Assembly (NCBI GenBank): GCA_964016885.1
Contig: OZ024740.1
Coordinates: forward strand, 439,828,001 to 439,892,000
Length of the DNA stretch: 64,000 bases
Direction of reading: 5' to 3'
Origin: Eledone cirrhosa
Taxonomy: Eukaryota
Shown here: positions 57,701 through 64,000 of the stretch, piece after piece
Layout of the letters: every line of letters begins with the position of its first letter
Numbering within the stretch: position 1 is the first letter of the stretch
Notes under the pieces: model-generated
Databases searched by the model: none
What the model saw: the letters and a program-made list of their open reading frames with translations, nothing else
Told to the model about the DNA's origin: nothing
Position numbers and translations under genes: made by a program

Positions 57701-60700
57701 ATGTCTGGCATCTATATAATAACACCACATGTCTGACAACTATATAATAACAGCACATGTCTGACATCTATATAATATCATCACATGTCTGACATCTATA
57801 CAATAACACCACATGTCTGACATCTATATAATAACACCACAAGTCTGACATCTATATAATAACACCACAAGTCTGACATCTATATAATAACACCACAAGT
57901 CTGACATCTATACAATAATACCACATGTCTGACATCTATATAATAACACCAGTTGTCTGACATCTATGTAATAACACCACAAGTCTGACATCTATACAAT
58001 AACACATGTCTGACATCTATATAATTACACCACAAGTCTGACTTCTATATAATAACACCACATGTCTGACATCTATATAATAACAGCACATGTCTGACAT
58101 CTATATAATAGCACCACATGTCTGACATCTATACAATAACACCACATGTCTGACATCTATATAATAACACCACAAGTCTGACATCTATATAATAACACCA
58201 CAAGTATATATTAACACCACATGTCTGCCATCTATATAATAACACCAGTTGTCTGGCATCTATATAATAACACCACAAGTCTGACATCTATACAATAACA
58301 CAACATGTCTGACATCTATATAATTACACCACAAATCTGACTTCTATATAATAACACCACATGTCTGACATCTATATAATAACAGCACATGTCTGACATC
58401 TATATAATAGCACCACATGTCTGATATTTATACAATAACACCACATGTCTGACATCTATATAATAACACCACAAGTCTGACATCTATATAATAACACCAC
58501 AAGTCTGACATCTATACAATAATACCACATGTCTGACATCTATACAATAATACCACATGTCTGACATCTATACAATAATACCACATGTCTGACATCTATA
58601 TAATAACACCACAAGTCTGACATCTATATAATAACACCACATGTCTGACATCTATATAATAACACCGCATGTGACATCTATATAATAACACCACATGTCT
58701 GACAACTATAAATTAACACCACATGTCTGACATCTATATAATAACACCACAAGTCTGACTTCTATATAATAACACCACAAGTCTGACATCTATATAATAA
58801 CACCACAAGTCTGACATCTATATAATAACACCACATGTCTGATATCTATATAATAACACCACAATTCTGACATCTATATAATAACACCACATGTCTGACA
58901 TCTATATAATAACACCACATGCATGACATCTATATAATAACACATGTCTGACATCTATATAATAACACCATATGTCTGACATCTATATAATAACACCACA
59001 TGTGACATCTATATAATAACACCACACGCCTGACATCTATATAATAACACCATATGTCTGACATCTATATAATAACACCAGAAGTCTGACATCTATTTAA
59101 TAACACCACAAGTCTGACATCTATACAATAATATCACATGTCTGACATCTATATAATAACACCAGATGTCTGACATCTATATAATAACACCACATGTGAC
59201 ATATATATAATAACACCACATGTCTGACATCTATATAATAACACCACATGTCTGGCATCTATATAATAACACCACATGTCTGACAACTATATAACAACAG
59301 CACATGTCTGACATCTATATAATAGCATCACATGTCTGACATCTATACAATAACACCACATGTCTGGCATCTATATAATAACACCACAAGTCTGACATCT
59401 ATATAATAACACCACAAGTCTGACATCTATATAATAACACCACAAGTCTGACATCTATACAATAATACCACATGTCTGACATCTATATAATAACACCACA
59501 GGTATGACATCTATATAATAACACCACATGTGACATCTATGTAATAACACCACATGTCTGACATCTATAAATTAACACCACATGTCTGACATCTATATAA
59601 TAACACCACATGTGTGACATCTATATAATAACACCACAAGTCTGACATCTATATAATAACGCCACAAATCTGACATCTATATAATAACACCACATGTCTG
59701 ACATCTATATAATAGCACCACAATTCTGACATCTATATAAAAACACCACATGTCTGACATCTATATAATAACACCACATGTATGACATCTATATAATAAC
59801 ACAACATGTCTGACATATATATAATAACCCCAGATGTCTGACATCTATATAATAACACATGTCAGACATCTATATAATAACACCACAAGTCTGACATCTA
59901 TATAATAACACCACATGTCTGACATCTATATAATAACACCACATGTGACATCTATATAATAACACCAAATGTCTGACATCTATATAACAACACCACATGT
60001 CTGACATCTATATAATAACAAAACATGTCTGACATCTATATAATAACACCACAAGTCTGACATCTATATAATAACACCACAAGTCTGAGATCTATACAAT
60101 AATACCAGATGTCTGACATCTATATAATAACACCACATGTCTGACTTCTATATAATAACACCACATGTCTGACATCTATATAATAACAGCACATATCTGA
60201 CATCTATATAATAGCACCACATGTCTAACATCTATACAATAACACCACATGTCTGACATCTATATAATAACAGCACAAGTCTGACAACTATATAATAATA
60301 CCACAAGTGTGACATCTAAATAATAACACCACAAGTCTAACATCTATACAATAATACCACATGTCTGATATCTATATAATAACACCACAATTCTGACATC
60401 TATATAATAACACCACATGTTTGACATCTATATAATAACACTGCATGTGACATCTATATAATAAAACCACATGTCTGACAACTATAAATTAACACCACAT
60501 GTCTGACATCTATATAATAACACCACAAGTCTGACATCTATATAATAACACCACAAGTCTGAGATCTATATAATAACACCACAAGTCTGACATCTATATA
60601 ATAACACCACATGTCTGATATCTATATAATAACACCACAAGTCTGACATCTATACAATAACACAACATGTCTGACATCTATATAATAACACCACATGTCT

Positions 60701-63700
60701 GACATCCATATAATAACACCACATGTCTGACATCTATACAATATCACCACATGTCTGACATCTATATAATAACACCACAAGTCTGACATCTATATAATAA
60801 CACCACAAGTCTGACATCTATATAATAACACCACATGTCTGACATCTATACAATAACACCACATGTCTGACATCTATATAATAACACCACAAGTCTGACA
60901 TCTATATAATAACACCACAAGTGACATCTATATAATAACACCGCATGTCTGACAACTATATAATAACAGCACATGTCTGACATCTATATAATAGCATCAC
61001 ATGTCTGACATCTATACAATAACACCACATGTCTTACATCTATATAATAACACCACAAGGCTGACATCTATACAATAATACCACATGTCTGACATCTATA
61101 TAATAACACCACATGTCTGACATATATATAATAACACCACATGTGACATCTATATAATAACACCACATGTCTGACATCTATAAATTAACACCACATGTCT
61201 GACATCTATATAATAAGACCACAAGTCTGACATCTATATAATAAGACCACAAGTCTGACTTCTATATAATAACACCACAAGTCTGACATCTATATAATAA
61301 CACAACATGTCTGATATCTATATAATAGCACCACAATTCTGAAATCTACATAACAACACCACATGTATGACATCTATATAATAACACCACATGTATGACA
61401 TCTATATAATAACACATGTCTGACATCTATATAATAACCCCAGATGTCTGACATCTATATAATAACACAACATGTCTGACATCTATATAATTACACCACA
61501 AATCTGACTTCTATATAATAACACCACATGTCTGACATCTATATAATAACAGCACATGTCTGACATCTATATAATAGCACCACATGTCTGATATTTATAC
61601 AATAACACCACATGTCTGACATCTATATAATAACACCACAAGTCTGACATCTATATAATAACACCACAAGTCTGACATCTATACAATAATACCACATGTC
61701 TGACATCTATACAATAATACCACATGTCTGACATCTATACAATAATACCACATGTCTGACATCTATATAATAACACCACAAGTCTGACATCTATATAATA
61801 ACACCACATGTCTGACATCTATATAATAACACCGCATGTGACATCTATATAATAACACCACATGTCTGACAACTATAAATTAACACCACATGTCTGACAT
61901 CTATATAATAACACCACAAGTCTGACTTCTATATAATAATACCACAAGTCTGACATCTATATAATAACACCACAAGTCTGACATCTATATAATAACACCA
62001 CATGTCTGATATCTATATAATAACACCACAATTCTGACATCTATATAATAACACCACATGTCTGACATCTATATAATAACACCACATGCATGACATCTAT
62101 ATAATAACACATGTCTGACATCTATATAATAACACCATATGTCTGACATCTATATAATAACACCACATGTGACATCTATATAATAACACCACACGCCTGA
62201 CATCTATATAATAACACCATATGTCTGACATCTATATAATAACACCAGAAGTCTGACATCTATTTAATAACACCACAAGTCTGACATCTATACAATAATA
62301 TCACATGTCTGACATCTATATAATAACACCAGATGTCTGACATCTATATAATAACACCACATGTGACATATATATAATAACACCACATGTCTGACATCTA
62401 TATAATAACACCACATGTCTGGCATCTATATAATAACACCACATGTCTGACAACTATATAATAACAGCACATGTCTGACATCTATATAATATCATCACAT
62501 GTCTGACATCTATACAATAACACCACATGTCTGACATCTATATAATAACACCACAAGTCTGACATCTATATAATAACACCACAAGTCTGACATCTATATA
62601 ATAACACCACAAGTCTGACATCTATACAATAATACCACATGTCTGACATCTATATAATAACACCAGTTGTCTGACATCTATGTAATAACACCACAAGTCT
62701 GACATCTATACAATAACACATGTCTGACATCTATATAATTACACCACAAGTCTGACTTCTATATAATAACACCACATGTCTGACATCTATATAATAACAG
62801 CACATGTCTGACATCTATATAATAGCACCACATGTCTGACATCTATACAATAACACCACATGTCTGACATCTATATAATAACACCACAAGTCTGACATCT
62901 ATATAATAACACCACAAGTATATATTAACACCACATGTCTGCCATCTATATAATAACACCAGTTGTCTGGCATCTATATAATAACACCACAAGTCTGACA
63001 TCTATACAATAACACAACATGTCTGACATCTATATAATTACACCACAAATCTGACTTCTATATAATAACACCACATGTCTGACATCTATATAATAACAGC
63101 ACATGTCTGACATCTATATAATAGCACCACATGTCTGATATTTATACAATAACACCACATGTCTGACATCTATATAATAACACCACAAGTCTGACATCTA
63201 TATAATAACACCACAAGTCTGACATCTATACAATAATACCACATGTCTGACATCTATACAATAATACCACATGTCTGACATCTATACAATAATACCACAT
63301 GTCTGACATCTATATAATAACACCACAAGTCTGACATCTATATAATAACACCACATGTCTGACATCTATATAATAACACCGCATGTGACATCTATATAAT
63401 AACACCACATGTCTGACAACTATAAATTAACACCACATGTCTGACATCTATATAATAACACCACAAGTCTGACTTCTATATAATAACACCACAAGTCTGA
63501 CATCTATATAATAACACCACAAGTCTGACATCTATATAATAACACCACATGTCTGATATCTATATAATAACACCACAATTCTGACATCTATATAATAACA
63601 CCACATGTCTGACATCTATATAATAACACCACATGCATGACATCTATATAATAACACATGTCTGACATCTATATAATAACACCATATGTCTGACATCTAT

Positions 63701-64000
63701 ATAATAACACCACATGTGACATCTATATAATAACACCACACGCCTGACATCTATATAATAACACCATATGTCTGACATCTATATAATAACACCAGAAGTC
63801 TGACATCTATTTAATAACACCACAAGTCTGACATCTATACAATAATATCACATGTCTGACATCTATATAATAACACCAGATGTCTGACATCTATATAATA
63901 ACACCACATGTGACATATATATAATAACACCACATGTCTGACATCTATATAATAACACCACATGTCTGGCATCTATATAATAACACCACATGTCTGACAA
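33761..64000 (+). repeat. 28-bp satellite (consensus AACACCACATGTCTGACATCTATATAAT) with higher-order repeats, continuing past the window end
   Basis: About 1,080 head-to-tail monomers (30.2 kb / 28). Common variants are CACAAGTC, TATACAAT and 26-bp/25-bp deletion monomers. Monomers are degenerate at the left edge. Confidence 0.97.

Noticed and set aside
33761-64000. CRISPR array (28-bp repeat with internal palindrome)
   Set aside because: Monomers are head-to-tail with no unique spacers, there are no cas genes, and the context is eukaryotic.

Overview
Eukaryotic, AT-rich, repeat-dominated DNA. The SINE families and microsatellite load suggest an octopus or other cephalopod (inference). No host protein-coding gene is supported. 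Bases ~1-11.1 kb are a dense cluster of retroelements inserted into (TA)n tracts. It includes a young, 5'-truncated Penelope-like element (PLE; RT C-terminus plus C-terminal GIY-YIG endonuclease, minus strand) with a 424-bp inverted terminal copy and a variant hammerhead ribozyme (HHR). It also includes a non-coding, highly structured 469-bp unit with two canonical type I hammerheads (retrozyme-like, predicted 469-nt circRNA), and several more PLE-type insertions with 5' inversions and decayed HHR cores. tRNA-derived Meta-domain SINEs are scattered through the non-satellite parts. Bases ~11.1-28.5 kb are a compound (TA)n/TAACAC satellite with three local inversions. Bases ~28.5-33.7 kb hold SINE remnants, a 105-bp minisatellite and a short non-repetitive island. 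Bases ~33.8-64 kb are a 28-bp palindromic satellite with kilobase-scale higher-order structure. All alignments and RNA folds were done by eye and need computational confirmation.
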